A stretch of 64,000 nt of DNA from an uncultured Candidatus Binatia bacterium (GTDB taxonomy: Bacteria > Desulfobacterota > Binatia > Bin18). The stretch lies in the NCBI GenBank assembly GCA_965214605.1, contig OZ243961.1:4192001-4256000 (forward strand), read 5' to 3'. The notes beneath the pieces are model-generated. The model searched no databases. It was not told the origin of the DNA and saw only the letters and a list, made by a program, of their open reading frames with translations. The position numbers and the translations under genes are program-made. Below are positions 20,816-31,003 of this stretch, piece by piece. The stretch's first letter is position 1, and every line of letters begins with the position of its first letter.

Positions 20816-21286
20816 ATGCCTTTTCTATCCTTAGATGACGCTGAGCTATGGGACCTGTGTCCGGAAAATATGCGACACGCCATACAGGGCGGTGTGACTG
20901 GTTTGGCCTATTTCCCGCTCGGCGAGTTGAAAGACAACCCGGCAACCGTGGTTGCCCTGCGGATGGGGCCGGGCTGTGTGTTACCCCGCCACGGGCACGA
21001 CTGCTACCGTTTTGAGATTGTGGTCCGAGGGACGCTCGACGTTGGCGAGCGGGTGCTAAAGGTCGGTGACATCATGGTCAGCGAGCCGAACAAAGTCTAT
21101 GGGCCGCATATTGCCGGCCCTGAAGGCTGCACCACGTTTGAGATTTTTAGCAATCACAAAGCCTCCCACGTCGTGCTGTTCGATCTGCCCCAGGGGCTGG
21201 TCGAGTGCGATGTGACAAGCCAGGAGGGCCTCGCCAAACTCCAGCAGGCCATGCGCGAGGACGCCAGCAGAGGGGCCGGGGCCTAG
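20816..21286 (+). CDS. Cupin domain protein
   Basis: 'PGCVLPRHGHDCYRFEIVVRG...GDIMV...YGPH.AGPEG'; AAGGAGG RBS. Confidence 0.8.
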   Translation: MPFLSLDDAELWDLCPENMRHAIQGGVTGLAYFPLGELKDNPATVVALRMGPGCVLPRHGHDCYRFEIVVRGTLDVGERVLKVGDIMVSEPNKVYGPHIAGPEGCTTFEIFSNHKASHVVLFDLPQGLVECDVTSQEGLAKLQQAMREDASRGAGA

Positions 21287-21314
21287 CCGCTCTACTGTCT
21301 GAAGGAGGAGCGCT

Positions 21315-22433
21315 ATGCGTGTGATTGACGGCGACAGCCACTTTATGGAACCGCTTGATCTGTACGTCCGGTACATTGACCCGGCCTTTCGTGATCGGGC
21401 TGTGCGGATTGAGAAGGACGCGGCCAGCGGTAACGCTACGATTGTAGTGGACGGCCGACCGCTCAAGCTGATCAATGCCAACGATCTCTTAGCCGCGGTG
21501 GTGGCCTACGGTCAAAAAGAGGCCGGGCAAGATGTGAGCAATTTTGACCAGTATTTAGCGCTCAGCCCGGACTGGCAGAACATGGACAAACGAGTGGCCT
21601 TCTTGGATACCGAAGGCATTCAAGCCCAGATTATCTATCCCACCCTAGGTCTGTTGTGGGAGGGCACGGTGAGCGACCCGGTATTCGCCGATGCGCTGTG
21701 TCGGGCCTATAACACCTGGGCCTTTGAGCTGTGCAGTGGTCACGCTGATCGGCTGTTCCCTGCCGCCCATATCTCCCTGCGGGACGCCGACTTGGCGGTG
21801 CGAGAACTGACGCGGGTGGCGAAACTCGGCGGTCGCACAATCTTTGTTGCCGCCGCACCGGTCAACGGCCACAGTTTCGGCCATCCCGACCTCGATCCGA
21901 TTTGGGCCGCAGTGCAGGACTTAGACCTCAGTGTCGGTATCCACCTGACCGGCCACCGACACTCGACCGGGCGGCAGTGGTACCGCGACCGCGATCCGGG
22001 CATGATGTTTGTGACCATGAACCTGATTCAAGATCCCCGTATGGCACTCACCACCCTGGTCTACGATGGGGTGTTGGAGCGCTTTCCGCGTCTGCGGGTG
22101 GCGACTATCGAAGCCATGGTTGGCTGGATCGGTGAGTGGTTAGAACGGCTCGACTATCGCTACAAATATATGGGCCATACCTCACAGATGAAACGTCCGG
22201 CCTCGGAATACTTCGCGCGCAATATCTGGGTCAACGGCGATCCTGAAGAAAAGATGTTTCCCCTGATCGTCGAGTTTGCCGGCGATGAAAAGTTTTTTGT
22301 TGGCTCCGACTATCCGCACGCTGAGGGCTTTGTTGAGCCTGTCAAGAAGGCGCGTGAGACCTTATCTACGTTGCCGAGCGAGTCGGTGGACAAGATCCTT
22401 GGCGGCAACGCGGGTCGCTTCTTCGGCATCTGA
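21315..22433 (+). CDS. Amidohydrolase_2 family protein (hydrolase/decarboxylase/hydratase)
   Basis: 'IDGDSHFMEP', 'IYPT', 'AYNTW', 'GVLERFP.L', 'GSDYPH', 'ILGGNA'. Confidence 0.92.
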   Translation: MRVIDGDSHFMEPLDLYVRYIDPAFRDRAVRIEKDAASGNATIVVDGRPLKLINANDLLAAVVAYGQKEAGQDVSNFDQYLALSPDWQNMDKRVAFLDTEGIQAQIIYPTLGLLWEGTVSDPVFADALCRAYNTWAFELCSGHADRLFPAAHISLRDADLAVRELTRVAKLGGRTIFVAAAPVNGHSFGHPDLDPIWAAVQDLDLSVGIHLTGHRHSTGRQWYRDRDPGMMFVTMNLIQDPRMALTTLVYDGVLERFPRLRVATIEAMVGWIGEWLERLDYRYKYMGHTSQMKRPASEYFARNIWVNGDPEEKMFPLIVEFAGDEKFFVGSDYPHAEGFVEPVKKARETLSTLPSESVDKILGGNAGRFFGI

Positions 22434-22968
22434 GCCGTGGGCTGTTCGGGGCAAGCACCGAATCGTGAAAAACCACCTCTCCTCCGCGGAGGCCCGCCGG
22501 AAGTCTTGCTCCGCTGCATCGGTGAGGAGGCGGTCGATCTCGGCCCCCTTCTCCCGATAGAACCCACGCCCCGGTTGCTACGCCTCGCCCTAGGGGACAC
22601 GGCTTCCAAGGGCGAAGCGGACAAAAGCGTCTTCATAGAATGGAGCAGCGTTGCAGCCGCCAGATGGGAGTGCTGCCGTATCCGCTGTGAGGCCTAGAGG
22701 TCATCGAGCCCATCCGCCCCTGCCTCCAGGCGGCTGGAGAGAGGGGAGGGAGAAGCGGCCACCTCGACTGTCATCAGAAGCGACCTCCGTGGCTTGCTCC
22801 TCCGCAGGAAACGTTTCTTGCCGTAAAGGTGTTGTGCATTGAGGGTCGATGGGCAGTCTGAGCTCCTGATGAGCCACAGTCCTCTTGAGCAAGCCTAACC
22901 GGCCTCGTTGGGCATCCGGCTGGTCAAGATCAGTCGGGGCGATCCTGACCGGACGTTAAACGCTGCCT

Positions 22969-24126
22969 CTACTGGACCTGATCCCACCAGGCCGAGGAAT
23001 GAAACGCCTGGCCGACAGTTAGCAGCTCACCTAAACGCGGGGTGACTAGCTCGACCTTGTTTTCCCGAGCTGTCTTCAGCGCCCGCTTGATCGGTTCGTC
23101 CCAGTCGTGGAGACCCAAGTTGAACGTTGCCCAGTGTACGGGTAACAGGATCTGGCCTCGAACGTCGCGGTGAGCCTGAATCGCCTCTTCCGGATCGATG
23201 TGGACATCGTGCCAGTAGTCGCTTGGCCCATAGGCACCGATTTTGAAAATTCCGAGGTGAAACGGTCCGAAGCGCTGGCCGATATGTTGAAAATGGTCCG
23301 AAAAGCCCGTATCGCCGCTGTAGAACACCCGGTGTTGCGGACCGAGGGCTGTCCACGACGCCCACAGCGTTTCCATCCGATCAAGCAGCCCTCGTCCCGA
23401 GTAGTGCTGGGAGGGCGTGCAGACAAAGGTAATCTGGCCCAGCTGGTGTGATTCCCACCAATCGAGGTCTGTAATCTGACTGGCCGGAATGCCCCAGGCT
23501 TCTAAATGAGCCCCAATGCCCAGGGGTACGAGAAAGTGGCTGCCCATAGTCGCCAGGTGTTGGGCGGTGTGCATGTCAAGGTGATCGTAATGATCGTGGG
23601 AGATGAGCACCGCATCAATCGGTGGCAGATCGGACAGCGCAATCGGTGGCGGTGCAAAGCGTTTTGGGCCGATCCACTGAAACGGTGATGCATAGTCTGA
23701 GAAGATCGGGTCGAGCAGAAAGCGCAGGCCGTCCATTTCAATCAGCACGCTGGAGTGGCCTAACCAGATGGCGCGCAGACCTGGGGGTGGGGGTGTAATG
23801 AAAGACGCGGGGTGAACCGGGACGAACGGCAGCAGAGCGGGCGGGCGGCGAATTTGCTGCCCAAAGAGGCGCTGTCCCAAGAAATACCACAGGTCTCCCC
23901 AGTTGAAATCGCCCAAGGGCTGGGCGTTGAGAAAGTGACCGTCCGCGCTATGTGGAGAAGCCTCGATGCGGGTCTGCCGCTGACCGCTGGCTCTGTTTCC
24001 AAACGAGGCACAACTGCTGAGCGTGATGGCGATAGCGAGGGTAAGCAACGCCAGGACACCGAGGGACCAGCGCAGGATTGTCGTGGCAAGTGCACGGGAC
24101 GCACGTCTATTCAAGACTATCGGCAT
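22969..24126 (-). CDS. MBL-fold metallo-hydrolase (RomA/NAPE-PLD-like), probable lipoprotein
   Basis: 'WLGHSS', 'LLDPIFS', 'SHDHYDH', 'SGDTG', 'IGAY', 'PVHWATF'. Lipobox 'LSSC'. The start may be 24189. Confidence 0.9.
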   Translation of the reverse strand: MPIVLNRRASRALATTILRWSLGVLALLTLAIAITLSSCASFGNRASGQRQTRIEASPHSADGHFLNAQPLGDFNWGDLWYFLGQRLFGQQIRRPPALLPFVPVHPASFITPPPPGLRAIWLGHSSVLIEMDGLRFLLDPIFSDYASPFQWIGPKRFAPPPIALSDLPPIDAVLISHDHYDHLDMHTAQHLATMGSHFLVPLGIGAHLEAWGIPASQITDLDWWESHQLGQITFVCTPSQHYSGRGLLDRMETLWASWTALGPQHRVFYSGDTGFSDHFQHIGQRFGPFHLGIFKIGAYGPSDYWHDVHIDPEEAIQAHRDVRGQILLPVHWATFNLGLHDWDEPIKRALKTARENKVELVTPRLGELLTVGQAFHSSAWWDQVQ

Positions 24127-24185
24127 AGGTAAGACAAGCAAGAATGTCTTCTTGGGCTGATAATTGGGATCGTCCTCGTTGTTTA

Positions 24186-25253
24186 TCACCGAGGGCGTCC
24201 AACCCGTGGAATGTCTTTCATCTCTTGGTCAATCAGCTCCGCCCGAACCAGCCGAGTCCCGTCGACTAGGGCCTTCAGTTTACCCCGTGCCGCGGTACGC
24301 GAGCGGGGTACCAGGCCGCAGTCGGTACACGGGTAGAGCCGTTCGGGTTCGACATAGGGGAGGGCGGCCCGAATGCGGGCGGCCACGGTATGTGGAGTTT
24401 CGATGTGTTCGGTGCCGACATCTATCACTCCGACCATCAGGTCTTTGCCTGTGGCCAGGCCGAGGACCGAGGGATCAACGCCCGAAGCCGCGCATTCAAC
24501 CGAGATCATGTCAAGCGTGCTAGTCCGCAACAGGGGCAGGGTGCGACTGTAGTGGCTCCAATCGGTGTTGCTGTTTTTCCAGGCCAAAACTTGGGGAACG
24601 CCGTAGCCGTAGCAGATGTGGACAGCGGTTTTGGCACGGACCCCTTGGGCCGCTGTCTCAAGCGTCCTGAGGCCCCACTCCTCTACCTCGTCAACAAAAA
24701 TGTTAAAACACGGTTCGTCAAACTGCACGATATCGCAGCCGTTTGCAGCCAGCTCGTGAGCCTCTTGGTTGAGTGCCTGAGCAATGTCGTGGGCCAGCTG
24801 CCGCCGGTCGCCATAGTGTTCATCGGCCAGGGTGTCGGCCGTTGTCATTGGCCCCGGGAGGGTGACTTTGACCGGGCGGGTGGTGTGACGTTTCAAGAAG
24901 CTCAGCGCCTCAACAAATATGGCGGCCTGGCGCCTGACCGGGCCGGTCACGCGGGCGACGTCAATCTCAAGGCCGTACCGGCCACCACGGGTGAGCCGTT
25001 TGACCATGATGGTGAAGTCAATCCCACTCAATTGTTCGCTAAAGCCCCAGATGTAGTGGCGTCGCCGCTGCTCACCGTCGGTCAGAATATCAAGCCCGGC
25101 CTCTTCCTGGTCGCCAACGGCTAAGCGTACGGCATCGTCGTGGCCCTCTTGGAGTGCCGGGCCGTCTAAGGCCCAGCTCAGCGAAGAAACCTGCTGGGGC
25201 GGAAACAGCCAGGTCGGGCGTGGGAGACTGCCGACAAGCATGGTTCGCAGCAT
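24186..25253 (-). CDS. Single-domain cobalamin-independent methionine synthase homolog (MesD-like)
   Basis: 'VGSLPRP', 'DGEQRR', 'LPGPMT', 'QFDEP.FN', Zn ligands 'HICYGYG', E and 'PCTDCG'. It lacks the MetE N-terminal domain. Confidence 0.85.
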   Translation of the reverse strand: MLRTMLVGSLPRPTWLFPPQQVSSLSWALDGPALQEGHDDAVRLAVGDQEEAGLDILTDGEQRRRHYIWGFSEQLSGIDFTIMVKRLTRGGRYGLEIDVARVTGPVRRQAAIFVEALSFLKRHTTRPVKVTLPGPMTTADTLADEHYGDRRQLAHDIAQALNQEAHELAANGCDIVQFDEPCFNIFVDEVEEWGLRTLETAAQGVRAKTAVHICYGYGVPQVLAWKNSNTDWSHYSRTLPLLRTSTLDMISVECAASGVDPSVLGLATGKDLMVGVIDVGTEHIETPHTVAARIRAALPYVEPERLYPCTDCGLVPRSRTAARGKLKALVDGTRLVRAELIDQEMKDIPRVGRPR

Positions 25254-25272
25254 GGAGGGCTCCTGTGGCTGT

Positions 25273-26238
25273 CTACTTGATTGCAATCGGATTGACCGGT
25301 GAGCCGCAGCCGCCGACCAGCTTGAGCGGGGCGCCGGCAAACAGAAAGGTGTACTGTTTGTCCTGCTCGCAGTGATCGGCCAGGTCTTTCAGCCATACGA
25401 TTTCGTTGAAGATCACCCCGAGATTGCACAGCAGGGCAGCGTGCAGCAAACCCAAACCGCCGGTCTCGGGATTAATGGCCTGCTCGCAGCCGACCGTGTC
25501 GGCGCTGATTGAGGCAATCTCCATGTCGTGAAACCATTCGACCAGCTCTTTGCTGTATTCAAGACCAGGCTCGTCGAATTCACCATCGGGGAAAAACGCG
25601 TCCTGGCCCTCCTCGTAGAAACGGTTGAGCCAGCCGGTGTGGAGGAGGAGGATATCGTGCTTTTCGATACTCACCCCTTGTTTGTCAGCCGCTCCCAGCA
25701 GGTCGTCAAGGCTCACCCCTTCGCCCCGCTCTAAGTGCTTTTTGCCCTTGTAGCGGGCGGCGTCAATCAGGAGGCCGTGACCAATGACACCCCGGTCGGC
25801 GATCGGCTCAATTGAGCACTTTTGGAGCGCCCCGATCGTTGTTTTGGGATCGTAGCCGTTATAGATCTTGTCCCCATACCAGGCGTGTCCGAGCGCGTCA
25901 TACTGGGTCGTCCCCTGGGGGAACATCACAATGACGTCGTCCGAGTACTTGAGCCCGCCGGGGAAGGGCTGGGCCCGGCCGCTGATATACGAGCCCTCGT
26001 CATTGGTCTGGGTCCGGATCGGTTGAGCACGAATCGGGTGGAGGGGGTCGCCCTGAGGTCGGGCGACCGGGACGCCAAGCATAAACGTCTTGCCGTGTTT
26101 AACTGCCCGGATGCCGCGTAAGACCTCCTGGTCGGTCAGAAAATTGAGACAGCCGATCTCGTCGTCCGCCCCCCAACGGCCCCAGTTTCTCGGTGCGTCC
26201 TTGAGGATCTCGGTATGTTCGATGGGTTTGTCTGGCAT
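25273..26238 (-). CDS. Cyclase family metal-dependent hydrolase (kynurenine formamidase-like fold)
   Basis: 'NWGRWG.DDE.G.LNFL', 'TQYDALGH', 'DILLLHTGW', 'APLK..GG.GSPVNP.A'. Confidence 0.88.
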   Translation of the reverse strand: MPDKPIEHTEILKDAPRNWGRWGADDEIGCLNFLTDQEVLRGIRAVKHGKTFMLGVPVARPQGDPLHPIRAQPIRTQTNDEGSYISGRAQPFPGGLKYSDDVIVMFPQGTTQYDALGHAWYGDKIYNGYDPKTTIGALQKCSIEPIADRGVIGHGLLIDAARYKGKKHLERGEGVSLDDLLGAADKQGVSIEKHDILLLHTGWLNRFYEEGQDAFFPDGEFDEPGLEYSKELVEWFHDMEIASISADTVGCEQAINPETGGLGLLHAALLCNLGVIFNEIVWLKDLADHCEQDKQYTFLFAGAPLKLVGGCGSPVNPIAIK

Positions 26239-26250
26239 GTTCTCCTCCGT

Positions 26251-26943
26251 TCAGGTTTGGAGTTGTTTTCGCGCCTTCTCGGTAAATTCCTGGGCCGCCT
26301 TCTCATCTTTGAGCAGGCTCTTGATTTTGACCGGGACCTCGACGCCCCTGCGACAGGCTGGCCGGGCTTTTATGGCGTCCATCCAGCGTCTGAGGTTGGG
26401 AAGGCCGTCGATGGACACGCCCGACCATTTATACGTCCGCACCCAGCACCAGTTGGCAATATCGGCAATCGAGTAATCTCGCCCCAGCCATTCGCTCTCG
26501 CTCAGGCGGCGTTCAAGCACCTCGAATAAGCGCCGACACTCGTGTTGATAGCGATCAATGGCGGGCTGAAGCTTGTCTGGAAAATAGCGGAAAAAGACGT
26601 TGGCCTGGCCCATCATCGGACCAACGCCCCCCATCTGGAACATCAGCCACTGGATTACCTCGGCCCGCGCCTTGGGCTCGGTGGGGAGTAAGCGGCCGGT
26701 TTTCTCAGCCAAGTAGACCATAATTGCCCCGGTTTCAAAGACGGTGATATCGGCTCCGCCAGACGGATTGTGGTCGACGATGACCGGAATCCGACCGTTG
26801 GGGTTCAGTTTCAGAAACCACTCCTGCTTTTGTTCGTTGTCCCCTAGGTTAACCGTGTGAACGGTGTAGGCCAGGTCGAGTTCTTCCAGTGTGACCGAGG
26901 CTTTGTGACCGTTCGGGGTAGGGGCGGTATACAGCTCTATCAT
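26251..26943 (-). CDS. Glutathione S-transferase, Nu class (YfcG/YghU-like)
   Basis: 'TPNGHK', 'LNPNGRIP', 'FETGAI', '[15 protein letters not shown]', 'YSIADIA.W'. Confidence 0.92.
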   Translation of the reverse strand: MIELYTAPTPNGHKASVTLEELDLAYTVHTVNLGDNEQKQEWFLKLNPNGRIPVIVDHNPSGGADITVFETGAIMVYLAEKTGRLLPTEPKARAEVIQWLMFQMGGVGPMMGQANVFFRYFPDKLQPAIDRYQHECRRLFEVLERRLSESEWLGRDYSIADIANWCWVRTYKWSGVSIDGLPNLRRWMDAIKARPACRRGVEVPVKIKSLLKDEKAAQEFTEKARKQLQT

Positions 26944-26958
26944 GGTGTAATTCTCCGG

Positions 26959-27957
26959 TTAACCCTGCAGGACGCGCAGACAACCGGCCTGCTCCAGGAC
27001 TGTGTTCAGGCTGCTTTTGTCGGCCACCGCGGCGTACTTCTTGCGCAGGGCTTGAAAGGATTTGGCGTGATATTTCTGGGGCTTCTGGGTCCAGATACGA
27101 CCGTTCAGATCGACGCTGAACTGCTCCTGACCGGTGGCAACCGCCTCGGCGTTAGCCAGCGTCCAGGGCAGAAAGCGAGCGCCGACCTGTTGTTCAAGAA
27201 ACGGCAGCAGCGTCGGCTCCAGACTCGACCACGGCTCAAAGTCTCCCTCGGCGCGTGGCCACAACATACGCTGTACCCAGGCTAGCACGTGTGAGGCGCG
27301 ACCCTCCACAAATGCGCACGGAGTCGGATCGGTCCAGGCGTTATAGATTTGCCCCCACAGACCCAAATCACCGAACGACGGTCGCGCTCCAAAGAGGTAG
27401 GCCCGCGTGCTGAGATGGGCTTCGAGCTGCTCGATCGCCTCACAAAAGGATTCCTCAATCAGGGGCGCTGTCTGCTCGTTGGAGCCCACAAACCACACCC
27501 GGTTGACCATGCGTTCTCGGACCTGGGCAACCATCTGGGCGTGCTGTTTGTCGTCTGCCCAAGGCATCATCATACGGGCGATACGGCCGGCCGAACTCAG
27601 CTGATCGACCTCACGTGCCCAGCGGTAGTGAAACATCCATTTATTGCCCCATTCGTCGCCAAACTCTTCAATCAGGGCCGAGAGAAAACCGCTGACCGGA
27701 TCGGCAGGGTGGATGGAAGGCTGGGGGTAGAGGGCTTCGAGCTGCTCGATAATCGGGGTCGAGTCCTGAATACCCTTGTCCTGGGGGGTGACAACCAGCG
27801 GAATGATCGGGATCTTGGCGTATTTTTTATACTCATCCTGTACCGCCGCGCTGCGGATAATCCATTCGTGGGGGATGTCTTTATAGCGGCAGTAGGAACG
27901 AACCTTGACCGAGTAGGGTGAGAGTTCGGCACCAAAGATACGATACTGGTCGGCCAT
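26959..27957 (-). CDS. Glutathione S-transferase-like protein (long form)
   Basis: 'SPYSVKVRSY..YK.I', 'IP', 'QDSTPII', 'FGDEW', 'HYRW', 'YLFG.RPS.GD'. Confidence 0.85.
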   Translation of the reverse strand: MADQYRIFGAELSPYSVKVRSYCRYKDIPHEWIIRSAAVQDEYKKYAKIPIIPLVVTPQDKGIQDSTPIIEQLEALYPQPSIHPADPVSGFLSALIEEFGDEWGNKWMFHYRWAREVDQLSSAGRIARMMMPWADDKQHAQMVAQVRERMVNRVWFVGSNEQTAPLIEESFCEAIEQLEAHLSTRAYLFGARPSFGDLGLWGQIYNAWTDPTPCAFVEGRASHVLAWVQRMLWPRAEGDFEPWSSLEPTLLPFLEQQVGARFLPWTLANAEAVATGQEQFSVDLNGRIWTQKPQKYHAKSFQALRKKYAAVADKSSLNTVLEQAGCLRVLQG

Positions 27958-27983
27958 GGAAGTCCTTTCTGTAGCAGGCTGGG

Positions 27984-28748
27984 TTAGAAATCGAGGGGCA
28001 GGCTGAGATGCTGCTCGAAGATGAAGTCTCGGTGCTCAATGAGAACCGGATCAATCGCCGACTCTACCGCACTCCGGACAGGTGCCCAGATGGTCCGGAA
28101 AAAATTCGGCATAGGGTTCTTGTCGGGCGGATAGGAATCGACAATCTGCGACATATTGGCCCAGTACAGATCCAGCGCGCTCAGCTGGGTCCCGATAAAA
28201 TACGGACTGCCATCCCGCTTTTGGGCGTGGAGCCGGTCCGAGAGGGCCCGAAGAATAGGCCTCATTTTTGTCGGAGCCGCGGCCGCGTTATCGGCCGAGT
28301 AACCATAGGCCGACACCATCGGCGACTTCTTAAACGCCTCGCCCTGAATCTTCAGGACGGTGTCGAACATGATATGGCGCGCCTGCCAGGTGAAACCCTG
28401 CTCTCCGCACAGCTCATTGGACAGGCCAATCATCAAAGCACGGTCTTCGACCCTGGATGGCACCAGCGACGGAGTGGGGGCGAGCCGCTCGGCCAAGAGC
28501 AGGATCTCGTACCAGCCGGTCCGGGGCGGCTCGTTTTCGTACACAGCGACCGGTGCGTTACGATGTCCGGTCCATGTCACCAGCTCTTCGTTGGCCTCAC
28601 CCCCGTGCTGGGCAACCGCGACATAGGGAATCTTTTTGACCTCCAAGATGCTTTTGGCCGCTTGGCTCCACGGTGCTGGACCGCCGCTGGTCAGGGCCAG
28701 ACGCAGGCCGGGCAGGTCTTTGGCTTGGGCAACGGTTTTGTATTCCAT
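27984..28748 (-). CDS. Divergent glutathione S-transferase-like protein
   Basis: 'PAPWSQAAK.IL..K.I', 'NAPVA', 'YFIG..LSALDLYWA' (GST C-terminal motif). Confidence 0.75.
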   Translation of the reverse strand: MEYKTVAQAKDLPGLRLALTSGGPAPWSQAAKSILEVKKIPYVAVAQHGGEANEELVTWTGHRNAPVAVYENEPPRTGWYEILLLAERLAPTPSLVPSRVEDRALMIGLSNELCGEQGFTWQARHIMFDTVLKIQGEAFKKSPMVSAYGYSADNAAAAPTKMRPILRALSDRLHAQKRDGSPYFIGTQLSALDLYWANMSQIVDSYPPDKNPMPNFFRTIWAPVRSAVESAIDPVLIEHRDFIFEQHLSLPLDF

Positions 28749-28777
28749 ATGAGGCGTTCCTTTCTCGTGCGGAGTCT

Positions 28778-29425
28778 CTAATCCACGATCCGAATCTCGT
28801 GCCCCTGGGCTATGACCGGAGTTTGAACCAGATCGATAAAATTGTCCGGTTCAAGGTCGACCAGATCGGCAGCGTACAGATTGTCGCCATCCAGCCAGAG
28901 TTGGGCGATGCCGTCATACTCTTGTTCTTTGGCCGGATTAACGAGGTTGACGGTGTAGCGCCTGGCGTTTGGCGTGCGCTTAACTGCGGCTACGACGTTT
29001 GGGACGTGGGTCTCAAGCCAGTACTGGTCTAAATAAGCGCGATCAACCCCTGATCGGCGCTTGACGAAAAAGGTGAACTTGGTTGTTGCCCGGCTGGTTG
29101 GGCCGGCGACGTTGAGATGTTCGGTCACCGTCAGCCAGCTGCCCTTGGTGATACCGGCGTAGTCGCTAAAACGGTCGTCCATAATTTCGGGCGGAGCGTT
29201 GCGTCCTATACCGCTGTCGTAGTGCTGCTTATCGCGGAACCAGAGTTCGGCCATGCCGTCCAGCCCATGGTCGTCATGCTCGCGTTGATCAAAAAAGGTG
29301 ATCCGATAGCGTTCCGGCTTGGCGATCTTTACCACGTGCGGAGCGTGGATCGTTTCCCACACCTTGACCAGTTCGTCGTGTGAGACGCCGGCGCGGCGGA
29401 CTACCGTGGCGAGTATCTTCAACAT
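28778..29425 (-). CDS. Tandem EthD-domain protein
   Basis: Two repeats of 'RR.G......W...H.P.V...DG.A.LW'; AAGGAGG RBS. Confidence 0.85.
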   Translation of the reverse strand: MLKILATVVRRAGVSHDELVKVWETIHAPHVVKIAKPERYRITFFDQREHDDHGLDGMAELWFRDKQHYDSGIGRNAPPEIMDDRFSDYAGITKGSWLTVTEHLNVAGPTSRATTKFTFFVKRRSGVDRAYLDQYWLETHVPNVVAAVKRTPNARRYTVNLVNPAKEQEYDGIAQLWLDGDNLYAADLVDLEPDNFIDLVQTPVIAQGHEIRIVD

Positions 29426-29890
29426 AGCGTCCTCCTTAGTGACATGACTGCCAGGCTCGTGGTCTGTCGCGCGTCAGTATAATCGGAAGCGCCAGCGGCG
29501 TCCATGGAGGCCGCTAGGGTGGACGGGTGACCGGTGTGGTCGAGGCGCGGGAGAGAACAGGACTCTCGACCTGGCTGCGGTCCCACCATATTGAGCAGGG
29601 TGACCGGCAGGCGCTGGACGAGGATACCGAAGTGCCGCTGAGCGCCGCCGGTCCTCTGCCACATCACTTTGACTCAGCAAGGTCTCCAGCGACGTCACCC
29701 TCAGGCCGTAATCTAGAATGACACAGGTGTCGTCAATGCCGAAGATGGGCGACGTGCACGACGGAGCTAGTGTTGGCCGTCTCAGCCGGGCCATGGGCGG
29801 TTGAAGCTGAGGGCAAATCCCGGATAGGCCTGCTCGTCGACTCTTTTGTCCCAAGATGAGGGAGACGAGTGTTGGTCGCCAAAGCGGGCC

Positions 29891-30649
29891 TCAACCCCTA
29901 GAGTTGCTCAGCTGGCTAAACGCCTCGCTCCACAGTCTCTGATTAGTCGGGCGGGGGCCAATTCCCTTGATTGGAACCCGGTGTCGTCGACATAAATCGT
30001 TGGTAACCAAAAGAAGATGCTTGAGCGGGATGTCCAGGACGCTCAGGGCCAGGATGATGGGAGGGACCGCGTTGATAAAACGCTCCGAGAGCCTGACGGG
30101 ACGCTGACGAAGTCTGCTGTTGAGTTGCGCGGCCAGCAGCGGCGACTTGGTCAGGGTGCCGACGTGATCCTCTGATGATGGAGGATTGAGCCGGGGGTTT
30201 ATGGCCAGGGCGGGGAGGCATCCACATTCGTCGGCGTCTGCGCTTGACTGGTGGGAGCTGTAGAAATTGTGCTCGCCAACTCTGACCACGCCTATTGTAG
30301 CTCGGGAGGTCCGAGAGCAGCCCGATTCCGCCCCGCCCTGTCGGGTGTCGTGTTGGGGGGACAGGAGCGAAATCCGGGACGGGGTGCGATTGAGCCCACA
30401 GAACCGTTCGACCGCCGTCGTGCGGCTGAAACCCTACCGGTTGGCATGATCTTCGGCCTGGACGTACAGGGAAAGCGGACCGTCTCCAAGCGCAGACAGG
30501 TCCGGCATGTCGGCTATGGACCACGTCGGTTCGCGGTACGACAGGCTGCTTGCCCAGAGAGCCGAGGGACGGACGATGACGATCTGGTCAAAGGAAGAGA
30601 GAAGAAACTCAATGACTGAGAGAATTTCTCCTCCAACATTGTCCCGCAA
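29891..30649 (-). pseudogene. Possible decayed surface-protein gene with an Ig-like segment; single in-frame TAG at 30434-30436
   Basis: ORFs 30434-30649 and 29891-30289 share one frame. 'TWSIADMPDLSALGDGPLSLYVQAEDHANR*...NRTPSRISLLSP' resembles a bacterial Ig-like repeat and its DxTPP linker. Confidence 0.35.
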
Positions 30650-30672
30650 ATCATACCGAATTTCTCCTCCAA
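30622..30672. repeat. 15-bp direct repeat GAATTTCTCCTCCAA (30622-30636; 30658-30672)
   Basis: Exact copies with a 36-bp period, read directly from sequence. Confidence 0.8.
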
Positions 30673-31003
30673 TTTGAATGACATTCAGGGTGGAGCAAAA
30701 TCAACAGAGCGCCCGGCGCCGGATTCGAATCGTCAGCCACACTCAAACCGGCCTCTCTGGACCTAAATCGCTACTCAGTCAATTGAGATATCGCCGATAT
30801 CCACGCGCCCTGCCAGTGACCCCTCAACACTACGAGCCCCCTCTGCTCGTCCTGCTGTGTTGGTGTGGGGTAGGCCTGTGTCAGTTCATACAAAACAGGG
30901 GGCGGAACTGAGACTAGCCGGTCATTTTTTGCTCCGCCCCTGGCTGCCCTGGAGCGGTTTTGGTACAGTCCGCTTATCACGTTGTTCAGAAATGGAGAGA
31001 GAT

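Noticed and set aside
22440-22960. Short ORFs and a protein-like minus-strand fragment ('GFYREKGAEIDRLLTDAAEQDFRR')
   Set aside because: No start, RBS or recognisable family; it may be a relic but cannot be supported.
29470-29880. Possible FeoA/DtxR-like fragment (29527-29721)
   Set aside because: The resemblance is too weak to call without a search.
30434-30436. Pyrrolysine read-through of the in-frame TAG
   Set aside because: No methyltransferase context or pyl genes, and the surrounding sequence looks degenerate, so a nonsense mutation is simpler.
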